Of a stretch of DNA of 32,000 nt, positions 1 to 9,479 are shown in pieces (the stretch's first letter is position 1; every line of letters begins with the position of its first letter). The notes beneath the pieces were generated by a model. The model saw nothing but the letters and a program-made list of their open reading frames with translations. It did not search any database and was not told the origin of the DNA. Made by a program: the position numbers and the translations under genes. The stretch is from Mycolicibacterium smegmatis (GTDB taxonomy: Bacteria; Actinomycetota; Actinomycetes; Mycobacteriales; Mycobacteriaceae). Where the stretch lies: contig NZ_LN831039.1 in the NCBI RefSeq assembly GCF_001457595.1, positions 2,100,001 to 2,132,000 on the forward strand, in the 5' to 3' direction.

Positions 1-521
1 GGTGCTGGTTTCATAAGCAGGCCAATGTTCTTGCTGCACTGCCGAAATCAGCGCACCCGTCGGCGCTGGCGGCGATCAAGGAGATCTACAACGCCGAGGA
101 TATCGACAAGGCCCAGATCGCGGTCAAGGCCTTCGAGGCCGACTTCGGCGCGAAGTATCCCAAGGCGGTCGCTAAGATCACCGACGACCTCGATGTGCTG
201 CTGGAATTCTACAAGTATCCGGCCGAACATTGGATTCATCTGCGAACGACGAATCCGATCGAATCCACCTTTGCCACAGTGCGTTTGAGGACCAAGGTCA
301 CCAAGGGGCCCGGATCACGAGCGGCCGGACTAGCGATGGCCTACAAGCTCATCGACGCCGCCGCGGCCCGCTGGCGTGCCGTCAACGCCCCACACCTGGT
401 CGCCCTGGTCCGCGCCGGCGCGGTCTTCCATAAAGGCAGACTGCTCGAACGACCCACCGACATCACCCCGCCAACATCGCCCTCAGACGGCGGTCAGCAC
501 GCCGGAACGGAGGTCGCCTGA
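1..521 (+). CDS. IS256-family (mutator-type) transposase, C-terminal 172 codons; 5' end lies outside the window
   Basis: The frame starting at nt 3 reads CWFHKQANVLAALPKSAHPSALAAIKEIYNAEDIDK...GGQHAGTEVA*, identical to the C-terminus of the 439-aa transposase at 21943..23262. Confidence 0.85.
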   Translation, partial: CWFHKQANVLAALPKSAHPSALAAIKEIYNAEDIDKAQIAVKAFEADFGAKYPKAVAKITDDLDVLLEFYKYPAEHWIHLRTTNPIESTFATVRLRTKVTKGPGSRAAGLAMAYKLIDAAAARWRAVNAPHLVALVRAGAVFHKGRLLERPTDITPPTSPSDGGQHAGTEVA

Positions 522-554
522 AACACCCCGATCCACAGGTATTGACAATTCCTC
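1..554 (+). mobile_element. IS256-family insertion sequence (IS6120-like), copy 1; only the 3' ~554 bp lie in the window
   Basis: Positions 1-554 are the reverse complement of 21910-~22463 of the complete copy. ORFs in three frames are identical between the two copies (195..521 matches the end of 21943..23262; 48..239 matches 22225..22416). The terminal sequence ...gatccacaggtattgacaattcctc ends at 554. Confidence 0.85.
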
Positions 555-992
555 CCCGTCGGACCAGATGCCCTTGTGTACCTGGCCGATGCTGGCCGAG
601 GCCACCGGCTTGTCGTCGAACGACGAGAACCGGTCGCGCCACTTGGTGCCCAGCTGCGCGTCAAGCACGCGGTGCACCTTGGCCGCAGGAAGTGGGGGAG
701 CGTCCTTCTGGAGTTTGGTGAGTGCCTCGCGGTACGGCTTGCCGTACTGCTCGGGGATGGCGGCCTCCATCACCGACAGCGCCTGGCCGACCTTCATCGC
801 GCCGCCTTTGAGTTCGCCGAGGACGGTGAACAGTTGCTGAGCAGCCTTGTCCATCAGCTCGGCAGTGACTTCATCCTTCGACTTGCCGGTAAGGCGTTTG
901 CCAAAGCCAAGTGCAGCCCGGCCGGCCATGCCGCCGGCGAGCCCGGCGAGCTTCGCGTTGCGAGCTACGCTTCCCCGTTTGATGTCAGACAC
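555..992 (-). pseudogene. ABC1/UbiB-family atypical kinase, N-terminal ~146 codons only; the reading frame is interrupted by IS copy 1
   Basis: VSDIKRGSVARNAKLAGLAGG...VLGELKGGAMKVGQALS...KVHRVLDAQLGTKWRDRFSSFDDKPVASASIGQVHKGIWSDG is a typical ABC1 N-terminus up to the ASIGQVH motif. The sequence then runs straight into IS terminal sequence (EELSIPVDRG...). A GTG start at 992 is likely; the longest ORF starts at 1043. Confidence 0.75.
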
Positions 993-1049
993 CAGACCAT
1001 CATCCACGACTCGGCCGAATACCCCGCAACCAACTGGCAACACTTGTTT

Positions 1050-1889
1050 TCAACATTGGCAATCCGGGTGCCGTGACCAGCGGCGGAAGCTCATCGAGTA
1101 GCCGTCGGCGGTCAGTTCGAGCGTGGTGTCCAGGGTCGCGGGCGGCTCCGGGGGATCGTCTGGCCCGGCGGTGCCGTTGACCGCGCGGATCACCAGCTCG
1201 ACCTGCCGCAGCGCGAGCGCTGCGGTGGCCAGGATGGTGGCGCGGCTGGCGCTGCCGACGGTCCCGCGTAGCTGCGCCGCGAGCGCGGGCCACGCGGCAT
1301 CACGGTCGGCACGGTGCAGGTCGGCGCAGTGCAGACAGCTGGTGACGCCCGGGATCACCAGCGGGCCCACCAGTCCGGTCCCGTCGCGCACGCGCACCGG
1401 TAGGTGTGCGATGCGGCCGCGGTGCAGTTCCCGCACGATGCGGGGTTCGGTGACCAGCTCGTCGGCCAGCACCACCAGGTCGGTGCCGGGTCGCGGGGTC
1501 GCGTAGGACTCGGCGGTGTGCTGAAGCCGCGCACCCGAGCGGCGCAGGGAGCCGGCCAGCAGTTCCGACAGCGGTCCGCGTCCGTGGATGCGGATGGTCG
1601 CGGTACGCGCGGGCCTGCCCGATCGGCGCACCAGGACCCCGGCGGAGTCCAAGGCGGCGAGGACGTCATCGACAAGTGCCGGGTCCCCGAATTGCTCGGT
1701 GGCCGAGCGCAGTTGCTCGATGCTGCGACCGGTCTGCAGGGCGTGCAGCAGATCGGTCAGCTGGGTGGGCGTCATCCCGTCGGGTGGCCGCACACGGACC
1801 GCGGTGCGCGGATCCCACCCGATCTGCACCGCGCCGTCGGGCCGCAGCAGCACCGGACGATCGGGAGTGAGCGTGAACCGTGCGGTCAT
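1050..1889 (-). CDS. conserved actinobacterial hypothetical protein (position equivalent to Rv3196); contains a CxxC motif (SCLHCADLH)
   Basis: 279-aa ORF with an ATG at 1889 and high third-position GC. It sits between the ABC1 kinase and the DUF2342 gene, as I recall for mycobacterial genomes. No function is recognisable from sequence. Confidence 0.6.
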   Translation of the reverse strand: MTARFTLTPDRPVLLRPDGAVQIGWDPRTAVRVRPPDGMTPTQLTDLLHALQTGRSIEQLRSATEQFGDPALVDDVLAALDSAGVLVRRSGRPARTATIRIHGRGPLSELLAGSLRRSGARLQHTAESYATPRPGTDLVVLADELVTEPRIVRELHRGRIAHLPVRVRDGTGLVGPLVIPGVTSCLHCADLHRADRDAAWPALAAQLRGTVGSASRATILATAALALRQVELVIRAVNGTAGPDDPPEPPATLDTTLELTADGYSMSFRRWSRHPDCQC

Positions 1890-1946
1890 TGATCGACCCT
1901 GCCACGGTTCGAAGGCCTCGGATCTCAGTTATCCACAGGCAAGTGA

Positions 1947-3374
1947 TCAGGACTTGTCGTCCCCGGCGCCCTCGGTGCCGCTGTCGCCCTCTTGCGGCGG
2001 GTCGTTCTTCTGCAGGTCGGCGATCGCCTGGTCGATGGCGTCGTCGATCCCGCTCGTGTCGCCGCCGATCATGCGGTCGATGAACCCGGCCGGCTCGTCG
2101 AGATCGGACGCGCTGGGCAGCAGGTCCGGGTGCTGCCACACGCTGTCACGCGCGTCGGCGCCGACGGCCTCGGTCAGCCGCTCCCACAGCACGGCGGCCT
2201 CGCGCATCTTGCGGGGACGCAGTTCCAGCCCGACGAGCGTGGCGAAGGTCTGCTCGGCCGGTCCGCCGGTGGCGCGCCGGCGACGCATGGTCTCGGCCAT
2301 CGCCGACGTCCCGGGAATGCGCTCACCCAGCGCGCCGGAGACGACGGTCTGCACCCAGCCCTCGACGAGCGCCAGCAGCGTCTCGAGGCGTTCGAGCGCG
2401 GCCTCCTGCTCCGGGGTGGCCTTGGGTTCGAAGATGCCCTGGTTGAGCAGCTGCTCCATCTCCGACGGGTCGCTCAGCGACGCCGGGTTGAAGCCGCGTG
2501 CGAAGTCCTCGATGCCGGACATGTCGACCTTCATGCCTTTGGCGAAGGCCTCGACCGCACCCAGCAGCTGGCTCGACAGCCACGGGACGTGGCTGAACAG
2601 GCGGTGGTGTGCGGCCTCGCGCGCCGCGAGGAACGTCAGGATCTCGCTGCGGGGACGCTCGAGTCCCTCGGCGAACGCCTCGATGGCCTCCGGCAGCAGC
2701 GCCGCGACGCCCTTGGGGCCCAACGGAAGCCCGATGTCGGTGGAGGTCAGCACCTCTCGCGAGAGCTTGCCCAGCGCCTGACCCAGCTGTGAGCCGAACG
2801 CCATGCCGCCCATCTGCGACATCATCGCCAGCAGCGGGCCCGCCATGGCCTTGGCCTCTTCGGGCAGCGCCGCGGTCCACATCGTCGACACCTGCTCGGC
2901 GACCGGGTCGCACAACCGCTTCCAGGTCTCCATGGTGTTGTCCAGCCAATCGCTGGGCGTCCAGGCCACGGTGCGGGTGGTCCCGGCGGGCAGCGGGGTC
3001 ACACCGTCCAGCCACGTCTCGGCGAGCCGGACGGCGTCGGCCACCGCACCCGCGGTCTTCTCGGGCACCGGTGCGACGAACCCGATCGAGCTGTTGGCGA
3101 GTTGGCGGGCCAGGTCGTAGTTGACGGGGCCGGACTGTTTGCCGCCGGCCATCGCACTGCCGGCTCCGCTGAACATCTCACCGAGCTTGGTGAAGATCTG
3201 CCCGAGGTCGCCCATGTCGAAGCCGGCTCCGCCCATGCCCAAGCCGAACGGGTCCGACCCGGGGTTGCCGGAGCCGGAACCGGAGTCCGGGTCCTTCTTG
3301 TTCTTGTCTCGGTCCGGGTCGTCCCCGGCGGAGAAGCCGAAGGGCAGGTCAGCCATACCTGCAACCGTACTCAT
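1947..3374 (-). CDS. DUF2342 / zinc-dependent metalloprotease-like protein (Rv3195-like)
   Basis: 475-aa ORF. It has an acidic Gly-rich N-terminus and a conserved core (...FLAAREAAHHRLFSHVPWLSSQLLGAVEAFAKG...) that I recognise as the actinobacterial DUF2342 family. Assignment is from memory of the family, not from a search. Confidence 0.7.
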   Translation of the reverse strand: MSTVAGMADLPFGFSAGDDPDRDKNKKDPDSGSGSGNPGSDPFGLGMGGAGFDMGDLGQIFTKLGEMFSGAGSAMAGGKQSGPVNYDLARQLANSSIGFVAPVPEKTAGAVADAVRLAETWLDGVTPLPAGTTRTVAWTPSDWLDNTMETWKRLCDPVAEQVSTMWTAALPEEAKAMAGPLLAMMSQMGGMAFGSQLGQALGKLSREVLTSTDIGLPLGPKGVAALLPEAIEAFAEGLERPRSEILTFLAAREAAHHRLFSHVPWLSSQLLGAVEAFAKGMKVDMSGIEDFARGFNPASLSDPSEMEQLLNQGIFEPKATPEQEAALERLETLLALVEGWVQTVVSGALGERIPGTSAMAETMRRRRATGGPAEQTFATLVGLELRPRKMREAAVLWERLTEAVGADARDSVWQHPDLLPSASDLDEPAGFIDRMIGGDTSGIDDAIDQAIADLQKNDPPQEGDSGTEGAGDDKS

Positions 3375-3472
3375 GACATCGAAGCCGCGTACGGGGGCGG
3401 GTCACGCTGTCAGTGAACACCGTGAGGAGCACGGTCAGCCACCATTGCGGCGCAGGCCTTACTGTGAACGGC

Positions 3473-4501
3473 GTGAACAGGCGGATTTTGACGCTGCTGG
3501 TTGCGTTGGTGCCGGTCGTGGCGTTCGGCGTGCTGCTGTCGGTGGTGCAGGTGCCCTTCGTTTCCCTGGGCCCCGGTCCGACGTTCAACACCCTCGGCGA
3601 GATCGACGGCAAACAGGTCGTCGACATCGAGGGGCCCGATGCGACGGTCCACCCCACGTCGGGGCATCTCAACATGACCACGGTGTCCCAGCGCGACGGC
3701 CTGACCCTGGGCCAGGCGATCACGCTGTGGATGTCCGGCCGCGAACAGCTCGTGCCGCGCGACCTGGTGTACCCGCCGGACAAGTCCAAGGACGAAATCG
3801 ACGAGGCGAACACCGCCGACTTCAAGAACTCCGAGGACAGTGCCGAGTACGCCGCGCTGTCCTTTCTCAAGTACCCCATGGCGGTGACGGTGCAGAACGT
3901 CACCGACCCCGGCCCGTCGGCGGGCAAGCTGCAGGACGGCGACGCCATCGACGGCGTCAACGGCAAGCCCGTGGCCAACCTCGACGAGTTCCAGGCGCTG
4001 CTCAAGGAGACCAAGCCCGGCGACAAGCTCGTCATCGACTACCGCCGCAAGAACGCCCCGCCGGGGGAGGCCACCATCACCCTCGGCGACAACCCTGACC
4101 GCGACTACGGCTATCTGGGCATCGCGGTGCTCGACGCGCCGTGGGCGCCGTTCGACATCGAGTTCAACCTCGCCAACATCGGCGGCCCGTCGGCGGGCCT
4201 GATGTTCAGCCTCGCCGTCGTCGACAAACTGACCACCGGCGATCTCAACGACGGCAAGTTCATCGCGGGCACCGGCACCATCAGCGGTGACGGCAAGGTC
4301 GGCTCCATCGGCGGCATCACCCACAAGATGCTGGCGGCCAGCGAGGCCGGAGCCGAGGTGTTCCTGGTGCCCGCCGACAACTGCACCGAGGCCCGCTCGG
4401 CGCCGCGGGACGGCCTCGAGCTGGTGAAGGTCGAGACCCTTGAAGGGGCCGTCGACGCGCTCAAGACGATTTCCGCTGGTGGCGAACCTCCACGGTGCTG
4501 A
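3473..4501 (+). CDS. membrane-anchored PDZ-domain plus Lon-like (S16) serine protease (Rv3194c-like)
   Basis: VNRRILTLLVALVPVVAFGVLLSVV is an N-terminal TM helix. A PDZ-like segment follows (GKLQDGDAIDGVNGKPV...), then a Lon-proteolytic-like C-terminus (GGPSAGLMFSLAVVDKLT...GTGTISGDGKVGSIGGITHKMLAA). The GTG at 3473 is preferred over the longest start at 3413. Confidence 0.75.
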   Translation: MNRRILTLLVALVPVVAFGVLLSVVQVPFVSLGPGPTFNTLGEIDGKQVVDIEGPDATVHPTSGHLNMTTVSQRDGLTLGQAITLWMSGREQLVPRDLVYPPDKSKDEIDEANTADFKNSEDSAEYAALSFLKYPMAVTVQNVTDPGPSAGKLQDGDAIDGVNGKPVANLDEFQALLKETKPGDKLVIDYRRKNAPPGEATITLGDNPDRDYGYLGIAVLDAPWAPFDIEFNLANIGGPSAGLMFSLAVVDKLTTGDLNDGKFIAGTGTISGDGKVGSIGGITHKMLAASEAGAEVFLVPADNCTEARSAPRDGLELVKVETLEGAVDALKTISAGGEPPRC

Positions 4502-4597
4502 GCCGCCGATCACAGCCCAATGACTAGAGTTGTACGAAATCGGGCGTCACACCTGGGCAGCCCCGAAAATCGCCGAACCTGAGACTGGAGTTGACGA

Positions 4598-7500
4598 GTG
4601 GGTATGCGGCCGACGGCAAGGATGCCGAAGCTGACGCGACGTAGTCGGGTCTTGATTGCTTTCGCGCTGGTGGCGGTGTTGCTGTTGCTGCTCGGGCCGC
4701 GGCTGATCGACACCTACGTCGACTGGCTGTGGTTCGGCGAACTCGGCTACCGCTCGGTGTTCACCACGGTGCTGGCCACCCGCCTGATCGTGTTCGTGGT
4801 CGTGGCGCTGGCGATCGGAGCCATCGTGTTCGCCGGTCTGGCACTGGCGTACCGGACCCGGCCGGTGTTCGTGCCGACCGCCGGCCCCAACGACCCGGTG
4901 GCGCGCTACCGCACGACGGTGATGGCGCGCCTGCGGCTGTTCGGTATCGGCGTCCCGGTGTTCATCGGGCTGCTGGCAGGCATCGTCGCGCAGAGCTACT
5001 GGGTGAAGATCCAGTTGTTCCTGCACGGCGGCGATTTCGGTATCACCGACCCCGAATTCGGCAAGGACCTCGGGTTCTACGCGTTCGATCTGCCGTTCTA
5101 CCGTCTGGTGCTGACGTACCTGTTCGTGGCGACGTTCCTGGCGTTCGTCGCGAACCTGTTGGGGCACTACCTTTTCGGCGGTATCCGTCTGACCGGGCGG
5201 GTCGGCGCGCTCAGCCGCGCCGCGCGCATCCAGTTGATCAGCCTCGCGGGCACGCTCATCGTGCTCAAGGCGTTCGCGTACTGGCTGGACCGCTACGAAC
5301 TGCTCAGCAACGATCGCTCGGCCAAGCCGTTCACGGGCGCGGGCTACACCGACATCAACGCCGTACTGCCGGCCAAGCTGATCATGCTCGCGATCGCGGT
5401 GATCTGCGCCGTGGCCGTGTTCTCCGCACTCGTGCTGCGGGACTTGCGCATTCCGGCCATCGGCGTGGCGTTGCTGCTGCTCAGCTCGCTGGTGGTGGGC
5501 GCGGGTTGGCCGCTGATCGTCGAGCAGTTCAGCGTCAAGCCCAACGCCGCGCAGAAGGAAGCCGAGTACATCAGCCGCAGTATCGAGGCGACCCGGCACG
5601 CCTACGGGCTCACCGATGAGACGGTGACCTACCGCAACTACGAGAACACCGGCCAGACCACCGCGGCTCAGGTCGCCGCCGACCGGGCGACCACGTCGAA
5701 CATCCGACTGCTCGACCCCACGATCGTCAGCCCCGCGTTCACCCAGTTCCAGCAGGGCAAGAACTTCTACTACTTCCCGGATCAGCTGTCCATCGACCGC
5801 TACATCGGCCCGGACGGCAACCTGCGCGATTACGTGGTGGCCGCGCGTGAACTCAACCCGGACCGGTTGATCGACAACCAGCGCGACTGGATCAACCGCC
5901 ACACCGTGTACACCCACGGCAACGGGTTCATCGCCTCACCGGCCAACACCGTGCGCGGTGTCGCCAACGACCCCAACCAGAACGGTGGTTACCCCGAGTT
6001 CCTCGCCAGCGTGGTCGGCGCGAACGGCAGCGTGATCTCGCCCGGACCGGCCCCGCTGGACCAGCCGCGCATCTACTTCGGCCCGGTCATCTCGAACACG
6101 CCCGCGGACTACGCGATCGTCGGCAAGACCGGTGACACCGACCGCGAGTACGACTACGAGACCAACACCGAGACCAAGAACTACACCTACGGCGGCAAGG
6201 GCGGTGTGCCGATCGGCAACTGGCTCAACCGCAGCGTGTTCGCCGCGAAGTTCGCCGAGCGGAACTTCCTGTTCTCCAACGTGATCGGCGAGAACAGCAA
6301 GATCCTGTTCAATCGCGACCCCGCCGAGCGCGTCGAGGCCGTCGCGCCGTGGCTGACCACAGACACCAGCGTGTATCCGGCCATCGTCAACAAGCGAATG
6401 GTGTGGATCGTCGACGGCTACACCACGCTGGACAACTACCCGTACTCGGAGTTGACGACGCTGTCGAGCGCGACCGCCGACTCCAACGAGGTGGCCGTCA
6501 ACCGGTTGGCGCCGGACAAGAAGGTGTCCTACATCCGCAACTCGGTGAAGGCCACCGTCGACGCCTACGACGGCACGGTCACGCTGTACGCGCAGGACGA
6601 GAACGATCCCGTGCTCAAGGCGTGGATGGACGTGTTCCCCGGAACGGTGAAGCCCAAAGCCGACATCACCCCGGAACTGCAGGCGCACCTGCGTTACCCC
6701 GAGGACCTGTTCAAGGTGCAGCGGGCCCTGCTCGCCAAGTACCACGTGGACAACCCCGTGACGTTCTTCTCGGCGCAGGACTTCTGGGACGTGCCGCTGG
6801 ATCCGAACCCGACGGCCAGCAGCTTCCAGCCGCCGTACTACATCGTCGCGAAAGACCTTGTGAAGAACGACAACTCGGCGTCGTTCCAGCTGACCAGTGC
6901 GCTGAACCGCTTCCAGCGCGACTTCCTGGCGGCCTATGTCAGTGCGAGCTCGGACCCCGAGACCTACGGCAAGCTCACGGTGCTGACCATCCCCGGTCAG
7001 GTCAACGGTCCCAAGCTGGCGTTCAACGCGATCAGTACCGACACCGCGGTCAGCCAGGACCTGGGTGTGATCGGTCGTGACAACCAGAACCGCATCCGCT
7101 GGGGCAACCTGCTCACGCTGCCGGTGGCCGACGGTGGCCTGCTCTACGTCGCACCGGTTTACGCCTCGCCGGGGTCCAGCGACGCCGCGTCGTCGTACCC
7201 GCGCCTCATCCGCGTGGCGATGCTGTACAACGACCGCGTCGGTTACGGTCCGACGGTCAGCGACGCCCTGACCGAACTGTTCGGTCCGGGCGCCGGTGCC
7301 ACCGCCACCGATGTCGCACCGGCAGAGGGTAGGCCGGCGCAGTCCACACCGAACGGGCAGCAGCCTGCCGCGTCACCGCCGCCTGCCGCCAATGCCGACG
7401 GCCGTCCGGCGCAGGCTCCGCCGCCTCCGTCGGCGGCAACGCCGACCGGGCCCGTGCAGATCTCGCAGGCCAAGGCCGAAGCGCTGCAGGACCTGGAGTC

Positions 7501-7609
7501 GGCACTCACGGCCGCGCAGGAGGCCCAGCGCAGCGGTGACTTCGCCGAGTACGGTCAGGCGTTGCAGCGTCTGAACGACGCGATGAAGAAGTACGACTCC
7601 GCGAAGTAG
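4598..7609 (+). CDS. UPF0182 family large polytopic membrane protein (Rv3193c-like)
   Basis: 1003-aa ORF. The N-terminus [22 protein letters not shown]...[22 protein letters not shown] and several TM segments are followed by a large soluble domain, all characteristic of UPF0182. The C-terminal ~110 aa are Pro/Ala-rich low complexity followed by a helix. Confidence 0.85.
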
Positions 7610-7624
7610 CTCTTCTCGCGAGAA

Positions 7625-7674
7625 GACACAAACCTGCCCTTTTCCACGCGAAAAGCGGCAGGTTTGTGTCTTTT
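7625..7674 (+). terminator. rho-independent terminator after the UPF0182 gene
   Basis: The 14-bp stem gacacaaacctgcc (7625-7638) pairs with ggcaggtttgtgtc (7657-7670) and is followed by tttt (7671-7674). The loop contains a small hairpin (cttttc...gaaaag). A 16-bp palindrome tcttctcgcgagaaga (7611-7626) lies just upstream. Confidence 0.7.
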
Positions 7675-7783
7675 CGCCCCTCAAAACGGGTTCGCCCGTC
7701 TCGGATATTGGTGCGCCATCGGGGCCCTCCGGTGGGTGAGAATTGACCGATACTCACTGACGGGCGGATTGGGGGAGTCGCTG

Positions 7784-8311
7784 ATGGCAGTGACGATCTC
7801 GCAGGTGCTCGCCAGCCGCCCTGCGCAACTGGCAGCAGCCGCCGCCGAGGTGGGCGCGGCGGCGAATGACCTCGGCAACCAGATCGCCCGTGAGCGCTTG
7901 CAGCTGACCAGGTTGGCTTCGGACTGGCGCGGCAGTGCGTCCGACACCGCACAGACACACGCCAACGAGATGTTCGGCGATCAGGAGCTCTACCGCGACC
8001 GGCTCACGTCCCTGCAGACGGCGATGGCTTCCGGTGGCGCAACGCTCGACGGCATCCGCACCTGGTTGTCGCAGCTGGTCTCGAGTCCGGAGGCGGACCT
8101 GTTCGACATCTCCGACGACGGCCGTGTCGCCCTGGGCTGGCGGCTGAAATTGCTTGTCGCGGCCTATCCCGTGCTGGCGATGAAATGGGGGATGCGGCGC
8201 CTGGCGCTGCAGACCGCCATCCAGACCGTATTGGCCGAATTCGACGCGGCGGACAAGGCGACGGCCGACAAGATGAACCGGATCCAGCAGGGGCTCGTGG
8301 GACATGGGTGA
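7784..8311 (+). CDS. WXG-motif protein (WXG100/EspA-like N-terminal helical hairpin with an ~80-aa C-terminal extension); putative type VII secretion substrate
   Basis: The ATG at 7784 is preceded by gggggag (7771-7777). The 175-aa helical N-terminus has W-R-G at residues 48-50 (nt 7925-7933: ...LTRLASDWRGSASDTAQ...), at the position expected for the WXG turn. Its stop overlaps the next start (ATGGGTGA). Confidence 0.6.
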   Translation: MAVTISQVLASRPAQLAAAAAEVGAAANDLGNQIARERLQLTRLASDWRGSASDTAQTHANEMFGDQELYRDRLTSLQTAMASGGATLDGIRTWLSQLVSSPEADLFDISDDGRVALGWRLKLLVAAYPVLAMKWGMRRLALQTAIQTVLAEFDAADKATADKMNRIQQGLVGHG

Positions 8312-9479
8312 CCCGACTCTCGACGTCGACGAGCAGACCATGCGCGACACCGCGTCGGTGTTCGACGAAACGGGCCGCGGTGTCAGCGGCAATCAGGCCG
8401 GACCGGCCATTTCCGGTGCGGCCGGGGCGATGCCCGCACTGGCGGTCGGCGCGGCGTGCGGGACAGTCGGGTTCGCCCTCACCGAGCAGGCGAAGCAGCT
8501 GGGGAGTGATGTGACGGTGTACGCGCAGAAGCTGCGGGTGGCCGCCGACCGCTACGAGCGCGGTGATGAGGAGGCGGCCGAACGGATCGATTTCGCCGGG
8601 ACAGCAGAGCTGCCCGACGCCGGCGAGCATCCCCCGGTGAGTGATTACGAGCAGGCGCTGCGTGATGCCGGGCTCCTCACCGGCCCGGTGGTACCCGGAT
8701 CCAGATACGCCCAGTGGCTTGAGAATGCGTCCAAGAACGGCGTGGCGCCGCAGACCATCGTCGACATCGCTCGCACACACAACATCACGCCGCAATCGTT
8801 CGACGTGCTCAACGGTCTGCAGGAGGTCAAGGACGAAGACGGCAAATCGTTCTTCATCCTGCCGTCCGGCACCAGCAAGGAAGACGCGAAGAAAGCGGTG
8901 GTGATGACCTACATCCTCAACGCCGGAACCGACTACGAAGCCGCCGAGGCCGGACGTGACGGAGTATTGGGCACCGCAGATGATGTCCAGAACGATTTCG
9001 AGGAAACGCCCTACTCGGCCGCCGAGGTGCAGCGCATCATCGATCGGCAGAACGCGAACTCCTGGAGTTACGACCAGATTTTCGACAAGGGCGGCGGGGG
9101 ATCATTGGCGACGACACCCAACGGCATGCTGATGGGGCTGGGAGGGCCGGTGATGGACACGATCGGTGTCCACGGCGGGACGACGTACGGTGACGTGTTC
9201 GTGGTCAACATCGACGGGTCCGAGGATCCGGCAGAGCAGCTGACAACGATCATCGAATCAGGCTCCAACTGGTACATGCGCGACGACGGTCAGTTGGTCC
9301 AGGGCCGCCTCGACCTGGATCGTCTGTTGCATCACGAGGAGCGTCATTCCCAGCAGTGGGCGCAGAAGGGATTCGTCCGGATGGCAAGGGATTACGGGCT
9401 GGGCGCGCTCATCGAAAAGCGGACGGGTGTGAATCCGCTGGAACGCGACGCCGGCTTGTCGGACGGGGGTTACGCGTGA
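8304..9479 (+). CDS. two-domain protein: EspC-like/T7SS-substrate N-terminus with a YxxxD motif plus a C-terminal ~290-aa domain containing HExxH (putative secreted metallopeptidase-like effector)
   Basis: 391 aa. The N-terminal ~95 aa (MGDPTLDVDEQTMRDTASVFDETG...LRVAADRYERGDEEAAERI) have Y84-E-R-G-D88 (nt 8553-8567) at the end of helix 2. The C-terminal part has HHEERH (res 343-348, nt 9330-9347) followed by SQQW, with Glu371 lying 23 residues after the second His. The gene overlaps both neighbours. Confidence 0.6.
   Translation: MGDPTLDVDEQTMRDTASVFDETGRGVSGNQAGPAISGAAGAMPALAVGAACGTVGFALTEQAKQLGSDVTVYAQKLRVAADRYERGDEEAAERIDFAGTAELPDAGEHPPVSDYEQALRDAGLLTGPVVPGSRYAQWLENASKNGVAPQTIVDIARTHNITPQSFDVLNGLQEVKDEDGKSFFILPSGTSKEDAKKAVVMTYILNAGTDYEAAEAGRDGVLGTADDVQNDFEETPYSAAEVQRIIDRQNANSWSYDQIFDKGGGGSLATTPNGMLMGLGGPVMDTIGVHGGTTYGDVFVVNIDGSEDPAEQLTTIIESGSNWYMRDDGQLVQGRLDLDRLLHHEERHSQQWAQKGFVRMARDYGLGALIEKRTGVNPLERDAGLSDGGYA

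Noticed and set aside
1927-1940. The 9-mer atccacagg is shared with the IS terminal inverted repeat, which could be a possible solo IR or old insertion scar.
   Set aside because: A 9-nt match is expected by chance at roughly this frequency in 32 kb on two strands, and the flanking bases do not extend the match.
4547-5917. 456-aa minus-strand ORF antisense to the UPF0182 gene. Similar long ORFs: 1588..2781(+), 3410..4513(-), 5936..6745(-), 9904..12171(-), 12736..13437(-), 13125..13982(-), 25966..27393(+), 27657..29318(-), 29932..30537(-), 30519..31415(-).
   Set aside because: All overlap a recognisable gene on the other strand or in another frame. They are Arg/Gly/Pro/His-rich with no family resemblance and show the stop-codon-poor shadow-frame behaviour expected in high-GC DNA.
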